DNA of 64,000 nt, taken from Bryobacteraceae bacterium. Its GTDB lineage: Bacteria; Acidobacteriota; Terriglobia; Bryobacterales; Bryobacteraceae. This document shows positions 37,164-50,931 of this stretch, in pieces. The translations under genes were made by a program, and so were the position numbers. The DNA is taken from assembly GCA_963794765.1 (NCBI GenBank), contig CAWCGC010000028.1, positions 236,754 to 300,753 of the forward strand. Reading direction: 5' to 3'. Position 1 is the first letter of the stretch; every line of letters starts with the position of its first letter. The notes beneath the pieces were generated by a model that saw only the letters and a list, made by a program, of their open reading frames with translations, did no database searches and was not told the origin of the DNA.

Positions 37164-38209
37164 TTAGGGTGCGTTCACCAGAATAGGTTGATAGTGGAAA
37201 TCGACAACGCCCGGCGCCTGGTTTCTTGCAGAGGACGGTGAGATGAAGGAGACAAAGGAGGAACTGGGGAAGGAAAGATCCAACGCCGAGAACTCGTCCT
37301 GAACGGTCGCCACGCCTACAACCAGCGCGACTGCCGGCGTGTGGCCGGCACGGACATCAAAGGACCGTTGCACGATTAACTTACCTTGCACCGTTCCGAA
37401 TTGCCCATTCGGTAAGCTTCCATTTTGGGTAAAGGGCTGAGTCAAGTCGACATTGAGCGGGAATCCGACGACGGTGGTCACCGGGATATCGACGCCCACG
37501 AAGTTCGCAGTTTCGCCAATCGATGCACAAGACAGGAGGGTCACTGAGCCCGCGCGCCGGAATGGCTCGGCAAAGCCTCGACTTCAAAGCTGCAGGTAAG
37601 AGTCGAGAGTTGAGTGGGCGGCGGAAAGAAACACAGATAATTCGAGTTGCGCCGCCACACATACGCGTCGTTGGGATCGAAGTTCTGACTGTCCGACTGG
37701 AAACTGACTTCGAGGACGTCACCAAATGTGATTACGCGGTTGCGAAATCGACCCGTCGCGGCGATTGCTCCGAGCTCGCAATCTTGCCATGTGGAATCAC
37801 GTTGATGCCTTCCTGAGCGCGCCCGATCTGGACCGTTCCCGGAGTGCCAAATCATGGTCCCAAGCCGGTGATCAGACGCGTTGGAGCAATGCGAGGAGAG
37901 AGCAACGAAGTGCGTGGACGCATGTCGCCGGCGACGGTCACAGGATGACGGACCGGAGCCGGCGTGAGCTTCGCCCAGCTGGGCTGCCAATTCGTTGGGC
38001 TGGGACTGGATCTTGCGATATGTGGCATTCGCATCCTGGCTGGAGGCCACCAGCCGATCGCGTAATGGGCTGAAGTCTCGGAGTTGCGCCTCGCGGGACA
38101 ACAGCTCTGCTTCCGGTGGTTTCAATTTATTTACAATCGTGCGGCCGACCCGATTGTCAGTGGGGTCGAGCCGACTGAAAAGTCGGCTGTGGGCAGAATT
38201 GCCCGCCAC
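37164..38209 (-). pseudogene. Fragmented ORFs of an unknown beta-rich protein
   Basis: ORFs 37541..38209 and 37164..37544 overlap as GTGA. Protein-like pieces ('ITFGDVLEVSFQSDSQNFDPNDAYVW', 'IGETANFVGVDIPVTTVVGFPLNVDL') are spread over at least 2 frames. I do not recognise a family. Confidence 0.3.
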
Positions 38210-38313
38210 ACGTCGACTCGACTATCAGGAAGCTCTATGACGCAACGCGGTCCTCGTCTATGTCTGTTTCTCCTATGGAGATGGTCGCCTGGGCAACGCT
38301 GCCGGTTCAACGA

Positions 38314-41062
38314 TTATTGGCCTGCGGCCGCTGGAATAGCTGCCGGGACCTTCGAGAAGTCGCCTGCCTTGACGTACGAGATCCGAGACGGGTCAATGTA
38401 CTTTTTGAAGGCGGCGTTGACTTGGTCGAGGGTGAGGCCGGCGAGCTTCTTGTCGAACTCGGATTCCCACGCCATTGTTCTGTTCAGATGGTCGAGTTGT
38501 ACGAGGCTCATTGCCAGCGAGCTATCCTGAGAGCGCCTCAGAGTTCGAGACTGAAGATAGCCTTTTCGAGCCTCGTTCAGCTCAGCATCGCTGAAACCGG
38601 TTGTGCGCGCTTTCTCGATCTCCTGCTGGAAGACCGACTGAACTTTGGCACTGTTCTGCGGGGCGGAGATGGCGTACACCTCGAACTCGCTCCAGTCCAT
38701 CTTCGGCATCGGCGTCAATCTGGAGCCCACGCCATAGCTCAGACCTTCCTTCGTCCGAATTCGTTGGAAGAGCCGCGATGACATGCCGCCGCCGAAGATG
38801 TAGTTTGCAAGCGTCAGCGCCGGTGCATCCGTGTGATCGTCGCTGATCGGTATCGTCATTCCGGCGACGAAGTTTGCGTTTGCTTTATCCGGGCGTCTCC
38901 AGCTTGCGGTCGATCGCGGCGGCGGTCGTGTACGAAGATGTCAGCCGCTGGTAATGTGAGGCGCTCTTCGAAGCGCCGAAAAGCGATGCGGCCAGAGTTT
39001 GAATTTCCTGGACGTCATGATCGCCGACGACAGTTACGTTGCCATTTGAGGCGCCGTAGAACTCGCGGAAGAACTGCTTGGCCTGCTCGAGCGTTGCCGC
39101 CTTAATTTCCGCGATCTCCTCGTCCGGAGTCAACGTCCGGCGGACGTCACCATCGGGATACGGGAACATGTGGCGGTTCAGCTCCATCGCCGCGACAGCT
39201 GCCGGTTCGCTGCGGCGCTGCTCGGCACCGGAAAGCATCGCCTGCTTGATCTGTTCGTATTCGTTGGAGGGAAATGAAGGGCTGGTCAGGACTTCAGCGG
39301 CAAGCTTCAGCGCCTTCGGCAGGTTCTCCCGAGTGGTTTCGATGCTGGCTATCGCGCTGGTTGCCCCACCGGTGACCATCATCCGGGCGCGGAGTTTGTC
39401 GAGTTCATCCCGAAGCTGCTGCCGGGTATGCTGCGTTGTACCGCGCATCAGCATGCTGCCGGTAATCGCGGCGATCGTTCGCTTGCCGCGAGTGTTCCCG
39501 GCGTCCCCGAACCGGAAGGTGACAACGGCGTTGACCGTGTTGCCCCGAGTCTTTTTGGACAAAAGCTGAAGCGTCATGCCACTGGGAAGTTTCGAGCGGA
39601 CGATCCGCTTCTCGATGTTCTCCGGTGTAGCCTCGAAGACTTCACCCGCGGCCACCTGGGTGTCGATCTTAAAGTTCTTCAGTGCAGCACTGATGTCGGT
39701 CGCCGGCGGAATCTGGGCTCGATCCGGCTTTGCGACCGGGATAAACATGCCGACGGTGCGGTTGTCTTCCTTGAGGTACGCCTTCGCCACGCGGAGAACA
39801 TCGTCGGGTTGCACCTTGCGAATATCCTCACGCAGCCGGAAGATCAGACGCCAGTCTCCCGAAGCAATGGACTCGCTCAGGAAAAGACCCAGCCTGCCAC
39901 TGTCGGTGAGCATGCGATCCATCATGGTCAGCTGCGCATTCTTTGCCCGCTCCACTTCTTCCTTCGTCGGCGGCTCAGTGACCACGTTGTTGGTGACACG
40001 GAGGAGAGTGTCGCGAACGGACTTGAGATCTCCGTCCTTATTCACCGTCGCACCAAGCATCAGCACGCCAGGTTCGCGACCCGTCTCCGCTGCACCTCGC
40101 ACCGCAACGGCCATTTTCGTCTCGACCAACGCTTTGTGCAGCCGTCCGGCAGGTGTGGACCCCAAGATTTGGGAAAGGATTTCGAGTGCCGGCTGATCGG
40201 GGTTCGCCGCATCCGGTGTGTGGTAAAGGACATTAATGGCCTGAATGTCCCCCACCCGACGGACGGTAACGGTGCGTTCCCCATCCTGGTCGGGTTCGAC
40301 CGTGTAGGTCCGGTCCAGGACGCGGGTCGGCTTCTCGAGTTTGCCGAGGGTTTCGGCGATCATCCCGAGAGTCTTCGCCTCATCGATCTGGCCAGCTATG
40401 ACCAACACGGCGTTGTCCGGCTGATAATACTTCTTGTAGAAGGCCCGCAGACGCTCGACGGGGACGTTTTCGATGTCCGACCTGGCGCCGATTGTCGATT
40501 TTCCGTAATTGTGCCAGTCGAAGGCCGCCGCCATCGTCCGCTGAAAGAGCACGCGCATCGGGCTGTTCTCACCGCTCTCGAATTCGTTGCGTACAACGGT
40601 CATCTCCTGATCGAGATCCTGCCTCGATACATTGGAGTTGAGCATGCGGTCGGCCTCAAGACCGAGGGCCCAGCGCAGATTTTCGTCGGTTCCGGGGAAC
40701 GTTTCGAAATAGTTGGTGCGATCGGTATCCGTGCTGCCGTTGACGCTGGCTCCGTACGTTCGGAACTCTTCCTGGATCTTCGGATGGGTGGGAGTGCCCC
40801 GGAACAGCATGTGTTCCAGCAAGTGAGCCATGCCCGTTTCGCCGTAACCTTCGTGGCGTGAACCGACGAGGTACGTCATATTGACAGTAATGGTCTGTTT
40901 TGCCGGGTCGGGGAACAGCAGGACGGTTAAGCCGTTGTCGAGCCGGTACTCGGTGATGCCCTCGATGGAAGACATCTTGCGGATTCCGCCGGGCAGAGTG
41001 GATTGGGCGTACATCAGCGAGGCCGCCAGGGCGTAGATCCCTGTCGTTTTAGGAATTTTCAT
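38314..41062 (-). CDS. Double-module M16 (pitrilysin/insulinase) zinc peptidase, single frameshift
   Basis: Signal peptide and the HxxEH zinc motif 'HLLEHMLFRGT'. ORF 38885..41062 and ORF 38314..38859 join as '...IDRKLETP-DKANANFVAGMTIPISDD' if one base is removed near 38885-38893 (a CCC run). Confidence 0.8.
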
Positions 41063-41101
41063 GAAAAATAACTTCTACCTCTATTTTAGAGGTTTTCCGG
41101 A

Positions 41102-41311
41102 TTGAAAAAGGTCCTTCGAATTGCATCCGGGATTGGGCTCGTCACCCTTGGGATCGTCGGACTAATCGTTCCGGTGATGCCGGGCTGGATCTTCCTGATA
41201 CCCGGGCTCGTGATTCTTGGCGAATATTTCCCACCTGCCAGGCGGCTGGTTGACTGGTTGAAGGCGCGTTTTGATGAGGCTCGGGGGGCCGCGTTGGGCA
41301 AGAAGTCCTGA
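41102..41311 (+). CDS. Small two-TM membrane protein (PGPGW-like)
   Basis: 69 aa, '[33 protein letters not shown]'. It has a TTG start and an AGAGG RBS. Confidence 0.5.
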   Translation: MKKVLRIASGIGLVTLGIVGLIVPVMPGWIFLIPGLVILGEYFPPARRLVDWLKARFDEARGAALGKKS

Positions 41312-41353
41312 GCCGGATTCTGCGACAATAAAGATAGTCCCCGCAAATCTGCA

Positions 41354-44116
<2,763 letters not shown>

Positions 44117-44117
<1 letters not shown>

Positions 44118-44770
44118 TGGAGTTTGTGCCTGATGAGCAACTACAACAGCAACCTGTCCCGGACGTTGTCGATGTACTGCTGTTTGTCGGTCTGGCATTT
44201 CCGCTCTTCCTCATCGTGTTCTTCCTGGTAGCTGCAGCGCTGAAGATCGCGCATGTGAACGGAGCGGGAGTCAAGATTCTCCTTCCGCAGGTTGCCGGGT
44301 ATCTGGCGGCGATGATTCCGCTCTACCTTGTTTTCAGGACTCGCTACGATGAGTCCCCGATGCGGCTTCTGCGGATGGGAGTGAATGTGAAGGATGCCGG
44401 AACGTCGATTTCGCTGGGAATCCTGACTGCGTTTGCGGTAACCGGGATTGCGGCCCTGTTACAAACTCCGCATCCGAAGATGCCGATGGACGAACTGTTG
44501 TCTGACACAGCCTCGATCATCGCGGCCGCGATCGTCGGAGTGACGCTGGCCCCGTGGTTTGAAGAGCTGTTGTTTCGCGGGCTGCTGCAACCGCTGCTTG
44601 GCAGATATGCAGGTGTCGCAGCCGGAGTGGCTGTGTCGGCGTTTCTGTTCGCGCTGCTGCACGGGCCGCAGTATGGCTGGTCATGGCGTCACGTGTTGCT
44701 GATCACCTGCGCCGGCGCGGCATTCGGGATTCGACGCGCGGTGACAAATCCACAGGAGCAGCGGTTGTGA
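44117..44770 (+). CDS. CPBP-family (CAAX/Abi) intramembrane glutamic endopeptidase
   Basis: Motifs 'APWFEELLFRG' and 'FALLHG' in a polytopic protein. Its ATG overlaps the uvrA stop (TGATG). Confidence 0.8.
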
Positions 44771-44860
44771 TGCACGCAGCTTATAACTCCGTGCTGTTCG
44801 CGGCATTCTTTGCGGGGAAGTGGGCGGGTTCGAACCTGCCGAAAACAATCTGAGGAAAAC

Positions 44861-45913
44861 ATGGTCGAAACGATTCAATGGACTGACGACGGCGTCGTGA
44901 TGATCGATCAGACGCGCCTGCCTCGTGAAGAAGTGTTCGTGACTTGCCGGACGTATCAGGACGTGGCGCACGCCATTCGCACGATGATCATTCGCGGCGC
45001 TCCCGCGATTGGCGTCGCGGCGGGAATGGGCGTTGCGCTCGGTGTGCTGCACGCAAACGAAGCCACGCTGGATTCCGAGTTTGAGACGATCTGCAATACG
45101 CTTGCGGGCACCCGGCCGACTGCGGTGAATTTGTTCTGGGCGATTGATCGCATGAAGAAGATCTTCGCGGGCGTGAGTTCGCAGGGTCTGCAGGCAGTTC
45201 GGGATACCCTGGTGCGCGAAGCGAAGCAGATGTATCTGGAGGACATCGCCATCAATCGCGCCATCGGACAAAATGGGGCGCACCTGGTTCCGGACGGCAA
45301 GACGGTGCTGACGCACTGCAATGCTGGTGCGCTGGCAACCGCGGGTTACGGAACGGCGCTCGGTGTCATTCGCGCGGCAGTAGAGTCGGGCAAGAATATC
45401 GACGTGTTTGCGGACGAGACGCGGCCGTTTTTGCAGGGTGCTCGCCTGACGGTCTGGGAGTTGCAGCAGGACAACATTGCGGCCACGCTGATTACGGACA
45501 ATATGGCTGGCCATTTTCTGAAATCAGGAAAGATCGGCTGTGTCGTCGTCGGTGCCGATCGAATTGCTGGTAACGGCGATGTCGCGAACAAGATCGGGAC
45601 ATATTCGGTCGCGGTGCTGGCGAAAGAGAACGGCGTTCCGTTCTACGTTGCCGCGCCCGTATCAACACTCGACTTGACGCTTACTTCGGGCGACCAGATT
45701 CCGATTGAAGAACGTGCGGCGGCTGAGGTCATTCAGGTGGGAGGAGTTCCGCTCGCGCCGGAAGGGACCACCGTGCGAAATCCTGCTTTCGATGTCACGC
45801 CTGCACGCTACGTTACTGCGATCATCACCGAGCAGGGAGTCGCTGAAGCGCCTTACGAACAATCGTTAAAGCGACTTGCCTCGGGTGTTGCTCATGCGAG
45901 GATGGCTGTATGA
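44861..45913 (+). CDS. mtnA: S-methyl-5-thioribose-1-phosphate isomerase
   Basis: '[17 protein letters not shown]...[19 protein letters not shown]...[12 protein letters not shown]...[10 protein letters not shown]...[18 protein letters not shown]' belongs to the eIF-2B/MtnA family. Start is ATG 44861, with a GAGGA RBS. Confidence 0.85.
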   Translation: MVETIQWTDDGVVMIDQTRLPREEVFVTCRTYQDVAHAIRTMIIRGAPAIGVAAGMGVALGVLHANEATLDSEFETICNTLAGTRPTAVNLFWAIDRMKKIFAGVSSQGLQAVRDTLVREAKQMYLEDIAINRAIGQNGAHLVPDGKTVLTHCNAGALATAGYGTALGVIRAAVESGKNIDVFADETRPFLQGARLTVWELQQDNIAATLITDNMAGHFLKSGKIGCVVVGADRIAGNGDVANKIGTYSVAVLAKENGVPFYVAAPVSTLDLTLTSGDQIPIEERAAAEVIQVGGVPLAPEGTTVRNPAFDVTPARYVTAIITEQGVAEAPYEQSLKRLASGVAHARMAV

Positions 45914-46398
45914 AATTTGTTTTGACGCTGATTCTGGCGAGCGCTGGTGTGCTTAGCGCGCAACCGGCCCGTCGTGCGCCAGGATTCTCACTGCCAGATC
46001 TGGACTACAAGCAATACGACCTGGCAGACTACCGCGGCAAGGTCGTAGTGCTCGACATCATCCAGACCGCATGCCCCAAATGCATCGAACTAACGCGCAC
46101 ACTCGCGGAAGCGAAGACCAAATACGGTGACAAAGTTCAGGTCCTGACGATTGTGACCCTGCCGGATAACGCTGGAACGATTAGCAAGTTCATCGCTGCC
46201 CACAATGTAAAAAACCCTGTGTTGCTGGATTGTGGTCAGGTGATTGGATCTTATCTGCAGCTGACGCCGAAGAATCCGTCGGTGCACTTCCCGCATGCAT
46301 TCGTGATTGATAAAACCGGAATGATTCGGCGGGATATCTCAGAGGGTGATCTGACTCCCGCCGCTCTCATTGGTGCGGTTGAATCTGCTTTGAAATAG
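45910..46398 (+). CDS. TlpA-like thiol:disulfide oxidoreductase (thioredoxin fold), secreted
   Basis: Signal peptide and '[18 protein letters not shown]', which carries a CxxC motif. The start overlaps the mtnA stop (ATGA). Confidence 0.75.
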   Translation: MKFVLTLILASAGVLSAQPARRAPGFSLPDLDYKQYDLADYRGKVVVLDIIQTACPKCIELTRTLAEAKTKYGDKVQVLTIVTLPDNAGTISKFIAAHNVKNPVLLDCGQVIGSYLQLTPKNPSVHFPHAFVIDKTGMIRRDISEGDLTPAALIGAVESALK

Positions 46399-46401
46399 TC
46401 G

Positions 46402-46632
46402 TCAGATCTTTTTGACGGGCGGGGGAAGTTCGCGGGCTTTGCACTCTGACATGAAGCCGTTTCGTCCGTGGCTTCCGTCGCAAAAAGGCTTGTTCTCGGC
46501 CATGCCGCAGCGGCACAGTGAAATGACTTGCCGTCCGGCCAGGCCGAACAACCCGCCCTCAAAATCTTCGATTTCGAAGTCGCCCTCGATCCGAATCGGA
46601 CCGTTTTTCAGGATGGTGACTTTGGTTGGCAT
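46402..46632 (-). CDS. CDGSH-type iron-sulfur domain protein
   Basis: 76 aa, with the CDGSH 2Fe-2S signature in 'LCRCGMAENKPFCDGSHGRNGF'. Confidence 0.8.
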   Translation of the reverse strand: MPTKVTILKNGPIRIEGDFEIEDFEGGLFGLAGRQVISLCRCGMAENKPFCDGSHGRNGFMSECKARELPPPVKKI

Positions 46633-46660
46633 CTGTCCGATAGTACCAGACGTATCTCGT

Positions 46661-46666
46661 TATAAT
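46661..46666 (+). promoter_or_regulatory. -10 box (TATAAT) 6 nt upstream of ATG 46673; candidate leaderless transcript
   Basis: A perfect TATAAT-N6-ATG with no Shine-Dalgarno sequence. Confidence 0.3.
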
Positions 46667-46672
46667 TCCCCT

Positions 46673-47932
46673 ATGTTTTGGCGGGTTCTGCCGGTTTTGT
46701 TTTGCTCGGCGGCGGCTCTGGCCGGGGATGGAGTCTCGCCCGAAGTGCTGCTGCTGGCGCGTGCGAAGGCGCACATGTCACAGATGCTGACGAACCTGCC
46801 GAACTACACGTGCCTTCAGACGATCGAGCGGACGCAGCGGCTGTTTCCGAAGAAGAAGCCGTCACTGCTGGATGTGGTGCGAATCGAAGTTGCACTGGTT
46901 GACGGCAAGGAGTTATTTTCCTGGCCGGGTAGCGGCAAGTTCGTCGATACCGAACTCAGCGATATGATCCGCGGTGGTGCCATCGGAACCGGCAGTTTCG
47001 GACTGCATGCGAAGGCAGTGTTTCAGGGAAATAGCGCCGTCTATCATTACGAAGGCATTGAAGAGCGGAACGGGCGAAAAGCGCATGTATGGTCGTTTCA
47101 GGTGCCACAGATGCGAAGCGGCTTCACACTGCGCGCCGGACCTCGCGAGGCGGTCGTTGGTTACAGTGGCAAGTTCTGGATCGAAGCGGCGACTATGGAT
47201 GCGGTACGGCTTGAGGTACACGGGGATGAGATTCCGCCCTATCTCCGGATTTCGGCTGCATCCGATGCGATCGAGTATGAGCGGGTGCCGATCGGTGCTG
47301 AACATTATCTGCTCCCTTCACTGGCGGAATTACGGATGTCGGATCTGGTCGGCAATGAGAATATTAACCGGACCGTGTTCAGCAAGTGCAGACAGTATTC
47401 CGGTGAATCCCGACTGCTTATCGATGAACCGGATGCGGCGACGGAACCGAAGCCCCCGGAACCGGAGCACGTTTATGACGCTCCAAAGGGTTTATCGCTT
47501 GAGCTTGAACTGACTGCTGCTGTGCCACTGAAGAGCGCTGCTGTCGGCGATCCGGTAACTGCAGCGTTGCAGAACAATGTGAAGATTGCGAGCGACGTCG
47601 TGCTGCCGAAAGGGGCTCTGGTGCACGGAAGGCTGACCCTGATACGTCCAACCTTTTTCGGACGGCAATCTGCTATTGCGATCGGAATGAAGTTCTCCGA
47701 GGCCGAAGCGCCAGGTATGCGGGTGAAGCTGAACGCCGAGTTCGACTATCTCCGAGCAGTGACTCCCGAGTATTTGAATCGGCCGAGTTTTCCACAACTC
47801 GGGAACACGCGGCCGGAGAATGCGACGATGTTTGGAAGCATAATCTTTGTGCGGGACACAACGTCGCAATTACGGCGAGGGCTGCGGATGGCGTGGCATA
47901 CAACCCCACTCGAGACAGAGGACCAAAAGTGA
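46673..47932 (+). CDS. Secreted hypothetical protein
   Basis: The signal peptide 'MFWRVLPVLFCSAAALAG' starts at ATG 46673, inside ORF 46412..47932. The upstream part of that ORF is antisense to the CDGSH gene. I do not recognise a family. Confidence 0.55.
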   Translation: MFWRVLPVLFCSAAALAGDGVSPEVLLLARAKAHMSQMLTNLPNYTCLQTIERTQRLFPKKKPSLLDVVRIEVALVDGKELFSWPGSGKFVDTELSDMIRGGAIGTGSFGLHAKAVFQGNSAVYHYEGIEERNGRKAHVWSFQVPQMRSGFTLRAGPREAVVGYSGKFWIEAATMDAVRLEVHGDEIPPYLRISAASDAIEYERVPIGAEHYLLPSLAELRMSDLVGNENINRTVFSKCRQYSGESRLLIDEPDAATEPKPPEPEHVYDAPKGLSLELELTAAVPLKSAAVGDPVTAALQNNVKIASDVVLPKGALVHGRLTLIRPTFFGRQSAIAIGMKFSEAEAPGMRVKLNAEFDYLRAVTPEYLNRPSFPQLGNTRPENATMFGSIIFVRDTTSQLRRGLRMAWHTTPLETEDQK

Positions 47933-49059
47933 TTCAGTTCGAACTGGAATCAGATCGGAAGCTGTTTCAGGAAGCGATGAACTTTGCTCAGGGGCAGGTC
48001 CGGAGGCTTACCGAAGCACACCCTGGCTTCTATCCCGTGCATACCGAGGGCGGCAAATGGCAACATGAGCAGCCGGTTTGGACGCAATGGTGCGAAGGCT
48101 TCTTCCCGGGGATGATGTGGGCGTTCCAGCGTTATATCGGGGCCGGCTCACCGGAAGCGGATCGATGGATGGATCTGGCGATTCGCTATTCCGAACCGCT
48201 GGAAGAGCGTAAGTTCGACCGTGACACGCATGATTTCGGGTTTTTGTTTCTGCCGACGTATTTGCGGTGGTATACAGCGACCCGACGACCGCACCTGAAT
48301 GATGTTCTGGTTCAGGCCGGTCAGATCATGGCCGAGCGCTTTCAGCACTCGGGCGGGTTCCTGCGGTCCTTTGCGGCCAACAACTCGGTGTTCATCGACA
48401 CGATGATGAATGTCGGGCTGGTCTTTTACGCCGCTCGCGAGACGGAGGATCGCGATCTGCGCGATGTCGCCATGCGGCATTCGCTGACAACGCGAAAGGT
48501 GCTGGTTCGCGGAGACGGTTCCGTCGCACATGAAGGCATCTTCGACCTGCAGACGGGCGAGTTCCTGCATCAGGCGACGCAGCAGGGCGCTCGGGCGGAT
48601 TCCTGCTGGGCCCGGGGACTTGCGTGGGCGCTCTACGGGTTTACGATCTGCTACGAGTACAGCCATGATCCACGGTTTTTGTCGACTGCCCAGGCGTGTG
48701 CGGAATATTATGTCGCCAACGCTCCGTCGGACGGAGTTCCGCCGTGGGATTTCAATGCTCCGGCGGAGAGCCGGCGAATGGTCGATACTTCCGCGGCTGC
48801 AATTGCGGCTGCCGGGATGCTGCGGATATCGCGGCTTGCGGCTGATCCGATCCGGGGCCAGTATTACCGTGGGACAGCTATCAGAATCCTGCGGACGCTT
48901 TGCGACAAGTATCTCGCGCGGAACAGCGATGGCTGGGAGGGCGTGCTCAAGGGCGGCGTGTACCACCTGCACAAAGGTCTCGGGGTGAATGAGTCAGTGA
49001 TTTGGGGCGACTACTACTTTGTCGAGGCGATTGAACTCGCCATGCGCCAGATGCGGTGA
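47929..49059 (+). CDS. Glycoside hydrolase family 88-like (unsaturated glucuronyl hydrolase-like)
   Basis: The (alpha/alpha)6-type sequence 'WTQWCEGFFPGMMWAF', 'DTHDFGFLFLPTY' and 'WDFNAP...DTSAAAIAAAGM' resembles GH88/GH105. A GTG start at 47929 overlaps the upstream stop (GTGA). Confidence 0.6.
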   Translation: MIQFELESDRKLFQEAMNFAQGQVRRLTEAHPGFYPVHTEGGKWQHEQPVWTQWCEGFFPGMMWAFQRYIGAGSPEADRWMDLAIRYSEPLEERKFDRDTHDFGFLFLPTYLRWYTATRRPHLNDVLVQAGQIMAERFQHSGGFLRSFAANNSVFIDTMMNVGLVFYAARETEDRDLRDVAMRHSLTTRKVLVRGDGSVAHEGIFDLQTGEFLHQATQQGARADSCWARGLAWALYGFTICYEYSHDPRFLSTAQACAEYYVANAPSDGVPPWDFNAPAESRRMVDTSAAAIAAAGMLRISRLAADPIRGQYYRGTAIRILRTLCDKYLARNSDGWEGVLKGGVYHLHKGLGVNESVIWGDYYFVEAIELAMRQMR

Positions 49060-49071
49060 GCACGTGAGATG

Positions 49072-49099
49072 AAAAAAGGCCGGACATTACGGCCCGGCC
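49072..49099 (-). terminator. Intrinsic terminator after the OmpA-family gene
   Basis: A GGCCGG/CCGGCC stem (49078-49083 pairs with 49094-49099), followed on the minus strand by T6 (A-run 49072-49077). Confidence 0.5.
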
Positions 49100-49133
49100 C
49101 CGATGCAGATGACTGACTATTTCCCTCCTCAGC

Positions 49134-50831
49134 TTACTGCTGCGGCGGGGTTGTTGTTGTATTCGAAGTGGTCGTGGTCTGGCGGCCGATGACATCGCCG
49201 GATACAACCATCTCCACGCGGCGGTTCTGCTGACGACCTTCCGCCGTATCGTTGGTCGCAACTGGCTGCGACTTTCCGAATCCTCGCGAGGTGACCGTGT
49301 CTGACGGAATACCCTGAGCGACGAGGTAATCGCGAACTGTTGAGGCACGCTGTTCGGACAAGCGCTGGTTGAACTCCTCGCTGCCTACGCTGTCGGTATG
49401 TCCCTCAACTTCGACACGCAGTCCGGGGTGGGCCAGCAGAATGCCGCTCACCTTCGCCAGCTTCTCTCGCGTACCCGGCCGGAGGGTGTACTTGCCGAAA
49501 TCGAAGAGGACGTCGGACATGTTTACGATAAGGCCTCGAGCAGTCTCACGCGTTTCGAGAATGGTGTTCAATTGCTGCCGGATCTGCTCACGCAATGCGT
49601 TCTTTTCGGCCTCTGCGCTCAGACGCCCGCGTTCTGACGTGTCGGCGGCCTGACGTGCCGCTGCAGCCTGTTGCGCGAGAAGTGCCTGCTGCTGCTCTGC
49701 ATCCTGACGAGCTTTGTCAGCCGCTGCGCGTGCGGTGTCCGCCTCAGCCTTCGCTCGCTCGGCTGCCAGACGTTCCCGTTCCGCAGCCTGACGCTGGGCC
49801 TCTGCCGCAAAACGGGCCTGCTCGGCTTCAATCCGCTGGCGGTCGGCGGCGGCGCGCTGCTGTTCGGCTTCCGCCCGGCGCTGGGCTTCGAGGTCCTGCT
49901 GACGCTTTGCTTCTTCGGCTTTCGCACGCTCCGCAGCTTCGCGGTCGGCGGCGGCTTTGCGTTCATTGGCGAGACGCTCGTCTTCCTGCCGCTGGAGCGT
50001 GATGATTCTGGAGTCTTCGGCTACCTGGGCAGCTTCACGAGCGACCGTCGACACTGGCTTCCACTGCTTCCGTCGCTGGTAGTCTTCAGCCTGGGCAAGC
50101 AGGCCCTGCGCTTTCTGGTAGGTGTCGGCCGCATACTTGTCCGCACCCGTCCACTGTGCGATCTGGACGGCATTCCGCGCTTCATACAGGTTGATGTTCT
50201 TCCAGTAGTCATGCGGCAGGGACCGATTGGCGGATTCAGTCGGGTGGAAGACGTAGGAACCTCTCTTCAGCAACTCGTACTTGGCCTCGACGATTTCCTT
50301 GCGACCCTTGGTGTCGTCCCGAAGGATATTTTCGGCGACCACGACGTCACTCGGCTGAGTTACTGCGAAATACGGCTCAGCCGTAACGATCATTCCGAAG
50401 GTCTGCATCTCGGTGGTGACGTTAACTTTGGCCTTGTGATCGTCACCAGCCACGAGTTCGCCCAGGTTCTTGGCGCGGCCTTCCGGCGTGATCGCCCACA
50501 ACACAAGGGAAAGAAATTCTGGTCCAAATTTTTGCGGGAGTGGTAATTTCGAGAGGTTAACTTCTATCTGTACAACGCCCGTTTTACTGGAGACCTCGCC
50601 TTTTCCTTCAGTTTGCGGAGAGATGGCTGTGCCCTTGAAATCAACTTTGGTTTCGCCGCCGCGGAATCTGTAGTTTACTGCTTCAATCGTCCGCGAAACG
50701 ACCGTTACTTTGAAAATCGGATTCCCGGCATTTTCAAGCGGAGGGTTCTTGGTTGTGTTTTGTGTTGGGTTCTGCGCGACCTGTGCGCCGAGCATGCCGG
50801 TCAGAGCAAGTGAAAATAACGCCGTCTTCAT
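49134..50831 (-). CDS. OmpA-family peptidoglycan-binding protein with long Ala/Glu/Gln/Arg coiled-coil
   Basis: Signal peptide 'MKTALFSLALTGMLGAQVAQ', then about 130 aa of 'AEAEQQRAAADRQRIEAEQARFAAEAQRQAAERERLAAERAKAEAD...'. The C-terminal OmpA_C-like domain reads 'FDFGKYTLRP...VEGHTDSVGSEEFNQRLSEQRA'. Confidence 0.8.
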   Translation of the reverse strand: MKTALFSLALTGMLGAQVAQNPTQNTTKNPPLENAGNPIFKVTVVSRTIEAVNYRFRGGETKVDFKGTAISPQTEGKGEVSSKTGVVQIEVNLSKLPLPQKFGPEFLSLVLWAITPEGRAKNLGELVAGDDHKAKVNVTTEMQTFGMIVTAEPYFAVTQPSDVVVAENILRDDTKGRKEIVEAKYELLKRGSYVFHPTESANRSLPHDYWKNINLYEARNAVQIAQWTGADKYAADTYQKAQGLLAQAEDYQRRKQWKPVSTVAREAAQVAEDSRIITLQRQEDERLANERKAAADREAAERAKAEEAKRQQDLEAQRRAEAEQQRAAADRQRIEAEQARFAAEAQRQAAERERLAAERAKAEADTARAAADKARQDAEQQQALLAQQAAAARQAADTSERGRLSAEAEKNALREQIRQQLNTILETRETARGLIVNMSDVLFDFGKYTLRPGTREKLAKVSGILLAHPGLRVEVEGHTDSVGSEEFNQRLSEQRASTVRDYLVAQGIPSDTVTSRGFGKSQPVATNDTAEGRQQNRRVEMVVSGDVIGRQTTTTSNTTTTPPQQ

Positions 50832-50931
50832 AGGCATATCCATTCACAGCTAAGCAAACAAAATGCCACCACACAAGCGCTTTTTTTTGTGGAGGTTACC
50901 TTTGTTACAAAACGTGAGTAGCTGGTAAAAA

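Noticed and set aside
39428-40861. Very long ORFs antisense to confidently assigned genes. This 477-aa ORF is antisense to the M16 peptidase. Others are 53813..55366 (517 aa, antisense to purD and its neighbour), 44681..45514, 48148..48972, 49671..50546 and 41719..42830.
   Set aside because: Their products are Arg/Pro/Gly/His-rich and have no recognisable motifs. They mirror genes with strong family signatures. Stop-poor antisense frames are expected in GC-rich DNA.
44823-44840. A tRNA T-arm-like sequence, GGCGGGTTCGAACCTGCC, downstream of the CPBP gene. It could be a tRNA or an att-site remnant.
   Set aside because: The flanking sequence does not form acceptor, D or anticodon arms, so there is no full cloverleaf.
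49590-50000. Repetitive GC-rich nucleotide periodicity that could look like a tandem-repeat or CRISPR-like array.
   Set aside because: It is the in-frame Ala/Glu/Gln/Arg coiled-coil of the OmpA-family protein. There are no repeat-spacer units.
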